Shown here: positions 25,788-39,492 of the stretch, piece after piece
How positions within the stretch are numbered: position 1 is the stretch's first letter
Layout of the letters: each line of letters opens with the position of its first letter
NCBI RefSeq assembly: GCF_001194135.2
Contig: NC_069002.1
Span: forward strand, 27,708,646-27,772,645
Direction: 5' to 3'
Length of the DNA: 64,000 nt
Source of the DNA: Octopus bimaculoides
Taxonomy: Eukaryota
Made by a program: the position numbers and the translations under genes
The notes under the pieces: generated by a model
The model's database searches: none
What the model was told of the DNA's origin: nothing
The model's input: only the letters and a program-made list of their open reading frames with translations

Positions 25788-28623
25788 NNNNNNNNNNNNN
25801 NNNNNNNNNNNNNNNNNNNNNNNNNNNNNNNNNNNNNNNNNNNNNNNNNNNNNNNNNNNNNNNNNNNNNNNNNNNNNNNNNNNNNNNNNNNNNNNNNNNN
25901 NNNNNNNNNNNNNNNNNNNNNNNNNNNNNNNNNNNNNNNNNNNNNNNNNNNNNNNNNNNNNNNNNNNNNNNNNNNNNNNNNNNNNNNNNNNNNNNNNNNN
26001 NNNNNNNNNNNNNNNNNNNNNNNNNNNNNNNNNNNNNNNNNNNNNNNNNNNNNNNNNNNNNNNNNNNNNNNNNNNNNNNNNNNNNNNNNNNNNNNNNNNN
26101 NNNNNNNNNNNNNNNNNNNNNNNNNNNNNNNNNNNNNNNNNNNNNNNNNNNNNNNNNNNNNNNNNNNNNNNNNNNNNNNNNNNNNNNNNNNNNNNNNNNN
26201 NNNNNNNNNNNNNNNNNNNNNNNNNNNNNNNNNNNNNNNNNNNNNNNNNNNNNNNNNNNNNNNNNNNNNNNNNNNNNNNNNNNNNNNNNNNNNNNNNNNN
26301 NNNNNNNNNNNNNNNNNNNNNNNNNNNNNNNNNNNNNNNNNNNNNNNNNNNNNNNNNNNNNNNNNNNNNNNNNNNNNNNNNNNNNNNNNNNNNNNNNNNN
26401 NNNNNNNNNNNNNNNNNNNNNNNNNNNNNNNNNNNNNNNNNNNNNNNNNNNNNNNNNNNNNNNNNNNNNNNNNNNNNNNNAAAAAAAAAAAAAAAAAATA
26501 GCAAGCTGTGTATCATTTCATATTATTGCCTTCATTGTTTTGTTGACAAAGGAAAGAAGAATCTGCACAACACCGTACGTTCATTTGTCTTAAGCCTTTC
26601 CTTTTCTATCCTCTTTTCTGTGGCTCCCATCATTTCCAAATTTGATATCAAACACAATTTCACAGGTTCACACTGATCAGCTTCTACCACACCTACTTCA
26701 CAGCACTTTTCTCTTTTTCTTTTCTAACAAAGCATATCTCATCTACACCTATTACATAATCACACCAACACAAACACCTTTGCTACATACAAGACAGGTC
26801 ATTCTTCAACCTTCTAATCTCACTCTTCTCCGATATTTCAGATTTCACATTTAATGGATAACACTCCGGGTCATTCTTCCCCAGATTACCTCTTCCACTG
26901 CAACATTAGACCAATCACTTCACTATCAAGTAGCAACGGTGCTTCAAATGCATCCGAAAGCAATTAAATATAAGAAAACTCTGTGTGTGTGTGTGTTGTT
27001 TTGACATCAATATAAAATGAATTACCAGACAACTACTATCTTCTTTGGCTCCACAATCACAGAAAAAGGAGCCAAATTTGGCGTAGGACAAGTCATGGTC
27101 TTTATGGCAAACTTTGGCACAAATGGTGCATACACCAACCCCATCTTCCATTTTACATGTATGGCAGTGATACCTGGAGAAGAAAAATTAAATAGTTTTA
27201 GTTTCCCAACCAAATAGCATTGCCTAAAATGTATTCTATCCAAGCATTATATTTATACAGAAACATCTACACAGCAAAGTGATCTGTTTAAAGACAGTGT
27301 TATAAACCAGATTAATTAAACTTGACTTTAGCTCACTACAATTGAATATAAAGCAAAAATACATTTCATCTTTTGTTTTTTACTTATTTCAGTGACTAGA
27401 TTGTGGCCATGCTGGGGCACCACCTTGAAGGGTTTTATTGAAACAAATTAACCCCAGTACTTACTGTCAGTCTCTTTTGCTGGACCACTAATTTACAGGG
27501 ATGTAAACAAACCAACACTGGTTGTCAAGCAGTGAGGTGGGGTGAGAACAAACACAAACACAAACACATATACAAGCATGTAATGGGTTTGTCCCAAATC
27601 CACTCACAAGGTACTGGTCAACTCAGGGCTGCAATAGAAGACACTTGCCCAAGGTGCTGTGGTGTGGGACTGAACCCGAAACCACATGGTTACAAAATGA
27701 ACTTCTTAACCACCTAGTCATGCCTGCCCCTGTTAATAATTCTTGAAAAAATATCTTGGAGACTGGTAATATGTGATGGCACACAGGAAAACCCCCCTTT
27801 AACATGATGAAAAATTTGAAGTGATGTTTTATGTTTCGTTCAGAAAGAGCATAACTCACAAATATCAGAATACTTTAAAATTTTCAAATATCATAATATC
27901 TATTTTCTGATGAAAATATTTAATATAACATATGTGTGGCTGTATGGTAAGAAGCTTGCTTCCCAACCACATGGTACTGGGTTCAGTCCCACTGCGAGGC
28001 TCCTTGGACAAGTGTCTTCTTCTATTGCCTCAAGCTGACCAAAGCCTTGAGTGGATTTGGTAGATGGAAACTGAAAGAAGCCCATCATGTGTACATATAT
28101 ATGTGTGTGTCTTTGTATCTGCACTTTGTAACTGGTGTTGGTTTGTTTACGTCCCCCATAACTTAGCAGTTCAGCAGTTTAGACTGATAGAATAAGTACT
28201 GGGCTTAAAGAAAAAAGAAAATGTTCTGGGATCAATTCATTTGACTAAAAATTCTCCAAAGTAGTGCCCCAGAATGGGCACAGTCTAATGACTGAAACAA
28301 GTAAAAAAAATAAAAGATAGTTTAACAATACCTACCAATGTTGGTTCATAAATTCTTTTTGAGTTATTGTAAATGTACATAGTTTATTATTCAGGGATTC
28401 TTCATCCTGGAACAAATAAATTAAGATTAAATAGATGAAAATATGAAAGAAATCAATGTAAATATGAATTCTGTGGGTCTGTGAGTGTGATTTTAATTTT
28501 CAATGCTTTGTGTACAATAGTTTGCATCAAAAAACAAAAAAAAAAAAATCATTTCGTTTCTAAGTAAAAACTTAGATAACAAAGCAAGATAACACTGGTA
28601 ACAAAGCAATAATACCGGTGGTG

Positions 28624-28659
<36 letters not shown>

Positions 28660-31600
28660 AGAGGGGGTTTTTTTCTTTTTTTTTTCTTAAATTAATGCTG
28701 AAAGCTGAAAAAGTAGTAGAGTTAGAAAGGTGTGGACTAACACAAGTGTCACCTTCCTGTGAGAGAAAGGTAGACCGAACAAACAAAGATGCGAGAGAGC
28801 TGTGTTGCTGCTGCATGTTTAAGTGAGACGTGGGCTCTGACTTGTAGAAGCTAAATCAAAGGCGAGAGACAGATTCGGTAAGGCTATTTTGAGACATTTA
28901 ACTCGACATGTCGTGCTTTCAAAAACATAACATATCACACGGGGAATGAACTGGATATGCTAAGCTGTTCAGAAATAACATGGCGTCACATTGTTAAGTA
29001 ACAGGTTATGTCATGCAGTTAAGAAGACATCTAGTCACCAACATAGCACACAATGTTAAGTATTTAACAATCTCATAAAACTGAACTAGAATTTAACATT
29101 GAGTACCTGCAGTGGTAATTGATATTGCTCGTCCTCTTCAGGCTAAATGTAAAACAAACAAAAAATAATAAAAAAGGCAGAGCAAAAAAATATGCTAAGA
29201 GTTTAGCAGCCATTAAAAGCATCAGCTCAATGTGTCTAAGAGAGAGAAGATTCTTCTAGTAAGGACATTTTCTCTTGGATGCAGGATGCATCTTGGTGAA
29301 AATGTGCCAATTCCCAACAGTGGAAAGTACTTGCAGCAGTGAAAAAAAAAAATCATGAAAGATATGAGAAGAAATGATGAGAGAAGATGTGAAGAACTTG
29401 GGTCTCACAAAAATGATGATGAAGAACCAACTAAGAAAAGTGGGGACTCATAGCAGAGCAAACCTAACAGTTAAAACCCATTCCAATATGGAAACAGAGA
29501 CAGTAAAACAACAGAAATAACAATAATGCCAACATACAAGACCATATTTACTTTACTTGTCTCTCCCGACTACCTACCCAATCACACCTCATCATCATCT
29601 CTCTCTCTTTCTTTCTCTCATATGCTCTTATCATTTCCTTATTCTGCTACTCCACCTTTTCTGCACAGTCAGTCATCTCCTCCCCCTTACCTACCTCCCA
29701 ACACAATTATCATTGCTCCCCACCACCACTACATCCAACCTTCACCCCTAGCTAATTTCTACACTTGCCACCTGCTCTCCCCTACTTATCACCCCATTCA
29801 ACACTTACTCCTCATACTAATCACCTCCTCACCCATCCCCCATCTTTCATTCTCCCATACATTTGCACCCTCTACTCACCCACTCCTTGTTCCCCACTCA
29901 CATCTATTCACCTTGTATTTTAAGGGTGCACCTTGACTTCTCATGATCACTATTTTACCACTTTCCACCTCCAACCTAGTCACTCTCCCACCTTCTCTTC
30001 TATAATGTAGCTTCTCTACAACAACCCTGTTCTTTTCTGGGCCCCTTCTGTTACATTTTCCTCATCCCCTAGCATAAAACCACCTCCTCATTTACAGCTG
30101 CTCCACTCGGTTGAAAGGGATTTTAGTCTACCATGCTGCATGGCGACCTCACAAGTGCTGGTGCCACAAAAAAAAAAAAAAAAAAAAAAAAGACAACATC
30201 CAAAGACACCCAGCTGAAGAATCTATACCAAAGAAGACATTAAGGCACAATGCAGTCCCTCAGACCCACTGGATCCTGTCAAACCATCCAACCTTTGCCA
30301 GTATGGAAAGTGGACTTTAAATGATGATGATGTTGATGATGATGATAATGAAGCTTATGTATGACCATGAGAAGCATTACAGAACTGCACGGAAATTGAC
30401 TGACTTCTGAAACATTGGTTTGAACAGAAATTTTCCACAAAGGTTTCAAAAAGACACAAACAAGTCGCTTACTATAGTTTTTTAATATTTAACCCTTTTG
30501 TTACCATATTTCTGTTGAGATGCTCTGTGTTTCTTTCAATTAATTTTAAATATAATAAAGAAATTTAGTAAAATAACTTAGTCATCATTCAGCTAGTGTT
30601 AGGAACATAAATTGTGACTAAGGTTTGATGGAAGATTTTAATTCAAAACTTTTGAAAACAAGACATTTGTACTACAGAACCAGAGGCAGTTTCAGGTGAG
30701 TTGGTATCAAAAGGGTTAAATTTATATTATACAATTTTTAAACTCAAACTTAAAAGAAATTTTATTTGGATCACTAAAACTGAAATTAAGAATTGATATG
30801 ATACNNNNNNNNNNNNNNNNNNNNNNNNNNNNNNNNNNNNNNNNNNNNNNNNNNNNNNNNNNNNNNNNNNNNNNNNNNNNNNNNNNNNNNNNNNNNNNNN
30901 NNNNNNNNNNNNNNNNNNNNNNNNNNNNNNNNNNNNNNNNNNNNNNNNNNNNNNNNNNNNNNNNNNNNNNNNNNNNNNNNNNNNNNNNNNNNNNNNNNNN
31001 NNNNNNNNNNNNNNNNNNNNNNNNNNNNNNNNNNNNNNNNNNNNNNNNNNNNNNNNNNNNNNNNNNNNNNNNNNNNNNNNNNNNNNNNNNNNNNNNNNNN
31101 NNNNNNNNNNNNNNNNNNNNNNNNNNNNNNNNNNNNNNNNNNNNNNNNNNNNNNNNNNNNNNNNNNNNNNNNNNNNNNNNNNNNNNNNNNNNNNNNNNNN
31201 NNNNNNNNNNNNNNNNNNNNNNNNNNNNNNNNNNNNNNNNNNNNNNNNNNNNNNNNNNNNNNNNNNNNNNNNNNNNNNNNNNNNNNNNNNNNNNNNNNNN
31301 NNNNNNNNNNNNNNNNNNNNNNNNNNNNNNNNNNNNNNNNNNNNNNNNNNNNNNNNNNNNNNNNNNNNNNNNACAGACACATACATTTATATATATACAT
31401 ATATACAACAGGCTTCTTTCAGTTTCCGTCCACCAAATCCACTCACAAGGCTTTGGTCGGCCTGAGGCTATAGTAGAAGACACTTGCCCAAGGTGCCACA
31501 CAGTGGGACTGAACCCGGAACCATGTGTCATTTTGTTAGGCCTAATACAGCTGTCAGCAAAGTGGTTGATATTGATCTCCAGGGAGCGGTGGGGATCTGA

Positions 31601-34600
31601 TAACACCCGAAGCGATTTTGAGATTCAGGACACTGAAATATTAGCAAACTGCATCTGGAAGAGTGCAGTAATTTAAGGATAAAATTTGCTAATTTCAAAC
31701 CAAATATCAATGCAATAACTAATATTCACTAAACAGATATTTCACATTATATAGGATAAAGACCTCCTTTGGTCATGAATGACCATGGGATTGCACCTAG
31801 AAAGTTCCCCTCTGAAGAACAAACCCAAGCAAGGTTGTTTATGGAAGACCAGCAGTCACCCATGCATACCACCCTCCCCTCTCCATGTCACCGATGTTAT
31901 CCAAGGGAGAGGCAAAGGGGCCAATACAGCTTGGCACCAGTGACATCGCAACTCATTTCTACAGCTGAGTGAACTGGAGTAATGTGAAAAAAAGTGCCTT
32001 GCTCAAGAACACAACACAGTCTGGAAATCGAACTCACTACCTCATGATTGTGAGCCTGATGCTCTAACCACGGCGCTATGCGCCTTCACATTATATATTC
32101 TGACTGTATTAATACNNNNNNNNNNNNNNNNNNNNNNNNNNNNNNNNNNNNNNNNNNNNNNNNNNNNNNNNNNNNNNNNNNNNNNNNNNNNNNNNNNNNN
32201 NNNNNNNNNNNNNNNNNNNNNNNNNNNNNNNNNNNNNNNNNNNNNNNNNNNNNNNNNNNNNNNNNNNNNNNNNNNNNNNNNNNNNNNNNNNNNNNNNNNN
32301 NNNNNNNNNNNNNNNNNNNNNNNNNNNNNNNNNNNNNNNNNNNNNNNNNNNNNNNNNNNNNNNNNNNNNNNNNNNNNNNNNNNNNNNNNNNNNNNNNNNN
32401 NNNNNNNNNNNNNNNNNNNNNNNNNNNNNNNNNNNNNNNNNNNNNNNNNNNNNNNNNNNNNNNNNNNNNNNNNNNNNNNNNNNNNNNNNNNNNNNNNNNN
32501 NNNNNNNNNNNNNNNNNNNNNNNNNNNNNNNNNNNNNNNNNNNNNNNNNNNCTGGCTTGCCAGTCCACCCCATGCCAGCATGGAAAACGGATGTTAACGA
32601 TGATGATGATAAATATTATTTCAGAAATTAAGGTGGTGAGCTGGCCGAATTGTTAGCATGCCAGGCAAAATGTTTAGTAGCATTCTGGCCATCTTTACGC
32701 TGAGCTCAAGTTCTGCCTAGGTCTACTGTGCCTTCCATCTTTTCTGGGTTGATAAAATACATACCAGTTGAGTACTGGAGCTGATGTAACAGACATAGCC
32801 CCGGCCCCGAATTTGCAGGCCTTTTTGTCAAAATTTGAAATCAATATTTCAAAAATGATGGAGGTGAATAGGTTATCAAATGATTCCTTGAAAGGAGTAA
32901 ATGACAGTTTACCAAACTCTGCTCTAATCTGATTTTTTCTTACCTGTGCAGTTGTAGCATCATGGTCTATTGGAGGGGAAGTGGCTCCACCTCTGTAAAA
33001 GAAAACAAAAAAAACAGACACGTTAGAACCAACTTGATAACTCCAAGAGGAAAACCCGAAACCTTTTACAGTCATAAAACCAAATTATACACAAGGAAAT
33101 GGTGCGGAAGTGCTATTATAAGAGCTTACTGAACATGTAAAATGCATGGGATAAAGAGGGGCCTTCTCATGTTGACCATACAGAGAGAGAACAGCAATTC
33201 TCCTCATGCTGACCCTACAAGGAGAGACCAACAATTCAAGTTGAGAGCAGCATGGTAGATCAAATGATTAAAGGCATGCAGAAAGGAAAAGCTGTAGGTT
33301 CATCAGGAATAGTTGCAGGGACGCTCAACATATCTGGTGAGGTAGGATACACAATTAGCACTTGGGATAGTTAATAAAGTTATACAGACAGGTGTCTCAT
33401 ACCTAATGATTCCCACCCTCTCCTCTATAACATGAGTAGCCATGCAGCTCCTCTACAGCAACAAATCTGTTCCGGTCTGTTCTCTCAAACTTCAACCCCA
33501 CATCTTATCGCATAATGTTACCTCCCTCTCTACTGTAGCACCACTCAGTCTATGGGGATCTTAGTCTTGCAAACTACATTGCAATCTTACTAGTGCTAGT
33601 ACCACAAAAAAAGTACCCAGTACACTCTGTAAAGTGGCTGGTATTAGGAAGATGCATCCAATTGCAGAAACCCTGCCAAAGCAGACATTGGAGCAAAAGG
33701 GTAGTCATTGGCCCCATCAGATTCTGTCAAGCTGTCCAACTCATGCCAGCAGGGAACATGGACATTAAATGGTGATGACAATTATTTTACACTGTTTACA
33801 GTTAATTCATAGAAATTGCTTTACAAACCAATACATATGAAATTTTCTTGAATTCACTTTTGGCAAATTTTATTGACTTAAATTACCAATACAAATACTC
33901 CTCGCTTTCAACTGGGGAAATTGGGTGGTTCTTTGCTCTTTCTCAGAAGGGAACCCTTATGGCAACAGTCCCTGTTGTTATTCGCATAAGTTTTCATGCC
34001 CCACTCTTTTTCTACTAGGAAGATTTTAAGTCTCTCTTTTAGAATACATAACGTTTCTTCAGTTGAATTACATATTTTGGTTTATGGTGGGTTTTTTGGG
34101 GGGGTTTTTTTTAACACCATAAAGTTATCTGAATCAGTCACCGGATTCAGGAGTTGACAACATGAAAGATGTCCAGACATAATAAAAGGCTAACAATGAT
34201 CATCAAATGTATCGACTGAAGAACTTCATTAGAGATCAAAATGTGCAGAAAGAGGTTTTGCCGCAGAACCATTAAACCTATCTTAACGAGTGAGGAAAAC
34301 AAAAATAAACAATTCGATGATAATGATGTTAATGTCAATGAGAATATAATATTCTCTATTGTGCAGGTTGCTTGTAAAACACTCTTGAAAAAAGATTCTC
34401 TAAACATTTCAACTTCATTGCATTTATAAAACATATTAGATGAATAAATCAGCATTACCATCTTCAATATTTAAAATCTGGTTTCCATGCTGACATGAGT
34501 TGGAGAGTCTGATAGAATTCAGCAAGCCACAGGGTTGCACTGAGTTTCTATATCAGCTTTGGAATGGTGGCTGGATGCTCTTCATCATCATCATTTAACG

Positions 34601-37600
34601 TCTGCCTTCCATGCAAGCATGGGTCAGACGGTTTGACAGGAGCAGGCCAGGTAGAAGACTACCCCCAGGCTACTGTGTTGGTTTTGGCATAGCCTTTACA
34701 ACTGGATGCCCTTCCTAAACACCAATCACCCCATAGAGTGGACTGAGTGCTTTTTACATGGCACCAGCACAGGCGAGGTCAGTTTTGGTATGGTTTTTAC
34801 AACTGGATGCCCTTCTAAATACCAACCACTTCAGTGTGGACTGGATGCTTTTTAAGTGGCACTAACAGTGGCAGGATCACCAAGTAACTTGCAAGACAAG
34901 GAATTTTGAGAGGAGGAGGGGGCTCTTGTGTCAGATAATGAAAGGTTAAAGTGTGACAGCGTTAGTAAGGTTGTCAAGTACAAGAAAGAACAAGAAAAAG
35001 AAAAGGCCCCCTTGAGGGTGTTGAAAGGGAGAGGATTAATAGTTTTATGTCAGGTGTCGAGAGATTTAAGTATAATAGAGGGACAAGCGCAGGTGTCTCT
35101 CTATAGAGGAGATACATGGCTACCTTGCATCATACAATGGTGGGCAGGAGTAGCTGGAAAGAAGATCAAGATGATAGTGATGGGGTGCCAGAACACAAAA
35201 ATCAAACTATGTATGTATCTGAATTTACCTTTCAGAATTTCTCTTGAGTGCACTGAGCACCTCTCCCACGTGAGAAAGCAAGGAACACATTGCATCCAAG
35301 ATGGACAGATGCTACAAAAACAAAACAAGAAAAAGTGATGTACGTAAGAATAAAGAAGACCCCAAACTTGATTATTTTATGTTATTACTGAAAGATGTTA
35401 GGACTAACAGAAGTTTATAGCAATTTGTCAAGTGTGGAATGATTGAGACCTACCACATAAAATTGATAGCGAATTGTTTTATTGCCATGAGAATTTGACT
35501 AACAGGAGACTTTGGGATTAAGTATTCTGCTGGAAATGCAGACCACAGGAAAAATAAGTTGTGTAGACATGAATATCTTCGATAGTTATCCCGAATAAAC
35601 ATATATTTTATAAAATTTCTCAAAATAAATATATCAATATACTTTAAGGAAGACATTTGTCAATCTATACAGTAACCCACTAAATCATCCCTGTTTACAA
35701 ACAGCACTGTATACAATGAATATTTTCATTTAATTTATATTAATTTAAATCAAATTAAACTTATGTTAAATCAAATTAATTTATATTAATTTAATTTACA
35801 CTAAAATATATTAAAATAATTTAATTGTTTGTGTTTGTCTTGTAGGATATCTATTAGAAAGAGAATCTCTGCCTGATAAGAAAGACTTCAGGTGTGAATT
35901 TTTGTTTTCTCGTAAGAGCAGTAGAGGAATGAACAACAAATAGCTTTACAGTTCAAGTGCTAGATTAATGACTACACTGTAATAAGTTCAAACCTTAATA
36001 GAACCATTGATGTGTGTGGGGGTACTTTGACAAAACAAAGTCAGATTTGCTCCAGACAAGATCTATTGGTAAGGACTTCTGAATATAAAAATTATTCCTA
36101 ACAACCCTACCTCAAGTAGAAAAGAGATTTAAAATAAGAATATAGATGTTTAAATTTCACTACAAAGTTAAAATTAACCAAAAGAAAAATGCCAGCCTTC
36201 TGGCTTGAACAATGACAAACAATGAAATAGAAAAAAAAAAAAAAACAGAATTTATTTTTTTATTTTTCCTTTTCTCTTGGTCACAATTGATTAAAAGAAT
36301 TTTACCTTTCCAGATTTCACATTTTCTTTGATTTTTTCCATGACATCTTTTTGAGAGAGGTGAGAATAACTGAAATAAATGTTAAGAAACATTAAAGCAT
36401 TGAAGCTAAATGTAAGATTGCATTCAATTTTAATTCCAGTATGTGGAGCGAAAATTATATCAATATAAACGAATGCATAATTTCTTGGTATACTAATTAA
36501 CTTTTCCTAGTCCCCCCCCCCCAAATTCTTGTAACACATCTCAGATTAATTACTATTAACGTTAATACTTCAGATTATTATTATCTGTCATTATACTTGT
36601 CTGTGACATTACATTTCATTGAGTGTAATATTCAATCATGAAACCAAATAATTTAATTAACCACCAGGAAAACAGGTGCATTATTTGTGGACATACTAAA
36701 TAGTGGTAAATATATGTGGGTATATCTATCAATGATTGAAGAATAATTATGAAGAATTATTAGACTCAGGCACACAGTGTTATCAATGATTGTTACTGAG
36801 AAATTACTTTAAGTTATTAATAAAGAAGAAATACTAGTCTTTTACAAATCATGACACCTGTAGAACTAACTAGCAGTGGTACATACAAGAAGTATACTAT
36901 TTCTACAGGTTTCATACAGACTGCCATATTTAAGAGACAATTGGCAGTGAAGATTGCATAAATGTTTTAATTATTTCAAAGAGGTTGAAGAACTTCCAAC
37001 ACAAACAGCATTAAGCCTTGCAAATGTATAAGAAAAGTTAGCAGATGTTTTTGAAGGTTTTGGTGTTTTTTAAGGTGATCAGATAATTACTGTAGAGCTT
37101 CAAATAATATCAACTTTAGCTTGTAATGTAAGACTAAAATCCACTGAGTCATATGGTATTATTATATAACACCAAGTAACTCGGTGGATTTTAGCTCTTC
37201 AGAAACCAAATGACTATGTTAATAGCTTGGTGGTTGTGAAGAAATGAGATAATACAGTGTATTATTTGATAGATTTGAATGACAGTAAGGAGTGTTTTGA
37301 AAAGTAAAACTATCCAAACTTGATTTGTTTTCAAAAGAATTCCTTCAGAATGAAATCTGTTTCTGAGGAACTAGTAAACTCTATGACACATTTTTCTGAA
37401 ATTTCAAAGACGTATGTTTGTATCGATGATATACTTGTGTTCTTGCAGTCAAAGAAGGATCATGACAAAATCTACAAGCTGTTTCAAAATGAAATATACA
37501 GCTCATTTACGTCACTATTTTACTACTTATTTGCTGTGTTTGTTACATATTCATTTAATTTTATGCTGTATTAAAAAAAAAATTATATTCTAAAGTGAAT

Positions 37601-39443
37601 AAAATTACTTCTGCAACATTTTAATGATAAAAAATTCTTTATTTGCAAGTGTTTACCCACGCAGTGTGGTTAGGGCAGCGGACTCGCGGTCATAGGATCG
37701 CGGTTTTGATTCCCAGACCGGGCGATGTGAGTGTTTATTGAGCGAAAACACCTAAAAGCTCCACGAGGCTCCGGCAGGGGATGGTAGCGAACCCTGCTGT
37801 ACTCTTCCACCACAACTTTCTCTCACTCTTACTTCCTGTTTCTGTTGTGCCTGTAATTCAAAGGGTCAGCCTTGTCACACTGTGTCACGCTGAATATCCC
37901 CGAGAACTACGTTAAGGGTACACGTGTCTGTGGAGTGCTCAGCCACTTGCACGTTAATTTCACGAGCAGGCTGTTCCGTTGATCGGATCAACTGGAACCC
38001 TCGACGTCATAAGCGATGGAGTGCCAACTAACCAACCCACGCAGTGGATAAAGTAAAAAAAAATATTTGCCTTTTGAACCTGATGGGGGGAGAGTATACT
38101 GCGTTATTTTGGATTTGCAAACATCATCAGAGTTAAAGAGTTAACAGCATAAAAAGTACAACTTACCAAGTCTCCAACCATCCAACAGCAGCCTGGAACA
38201 GTGCTTTGTGACCACTTCCCTGACCAGCTCCAGCTAAAGATCTCATTACACTGACAAGATCAGAGAAACCTTGACTATCATTATTGGAAGCTAGAATTTT
38301 TGTGCCCATTGGAATTAATGTGACAAGAATTGTTTGAGCTACTTTCTCACTGACTGGACTGAAATATAAAAAAATATATATATATATATAATTATATCTT
38401 TGTTTCTAAAAGATTCTATGCATCAAAAATTTTCTCATTATTTGTAAAAACAACAGCAATAACAGATCTCCAATACATTTTCTATAGTTTTTCAAATAAG
38501 TTCAGTTTGATATTGAACAAATTTTTTTGGACTGCTTAAATTACTTTACATTTTATATTAAAGTCATTTTCACTTGATCATTTCTAATCTACAAATACAT
38601 ATCATTGCTATTATGTTAAACTGTTGTATGTCCAAATTTGGCCAAATGCATTTTTTTCAATATTTATTTTTGCTTGTAATAGCCAGTTCTTTTGGTCAAA
38701 CTATCGTATCTCCAGCTGCTTCAGATGCCAAGATATCAAAAATTGTACAACGGTTTCGCTATGGAATGGTGAAACAGTTTTATCATTTTCTGAAAAAGCA
38801 ACGTTTTGGACTTATAACACTTTTGCATTATAGCAACGACATGCATCTCCCATCTATTTGAAACGGCAAACTTCACTTAGGGCGTTGCACTAATGATAGC
38901 ATTGTGTTCTTGAGCAAAACACTTCATTTCACATTGCTGCAGCCCACTCAGCTGTAAATGAACAACCTGTGACAGAATGGTATCCAATCCAGGGGAAATG
39001 TGATCTCTATCACTTATGTGCTATGCAAACCGGGTAACCAATCCTATGAGTCCAAGGACTCATGAAAGTAATGTCCAGGGGTCAATGATAAGGATGCGTT
39101 CTCATCCATTCGGATGACAAATGTAAAGCAACGCAACCAAAGACTGACCTTTTCAATATGCTTTGGTGTCAGTTATGATAACATTAATTCCTCACAAGAC
39201 TCCTTTCCTCTGCAAGAAAGGAATAGAACTGGTTTGATGAGAGGAGGTTTGCTATTGCTAAAAGAGAAAGATATTGCACTGGAGAATATTCAAACCGAGA
39301 TGGCTAATATTTACTGAATACAACTAAATCCTGTGGAGAATTACCAAAATATTGAAAACAATCTTCGTTTTCAATTATACAATCATAAGTTGGACACCAC
39401 AAATTGCAGTCAATAGAAAATAGATTTCATGTTTAAAGTCAAA

Positions 39444-39492
<49 letters not shown>

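Noticed and set aside
35846-35891. Plus-strand exon-like segment (also 3647, 46651 and 47245), suggesting a nested antisense gene
   Set aside because: Joined translations resemble nothing I recognise, and such acceptors arise by chance in T-rich DNA.
37667-37725. tRNA-like A/B boxes in SINE heads
   Set aside because: They are Pol III promoter remnants of SINEs, with no full cloverleaf, so not tRNA genes.
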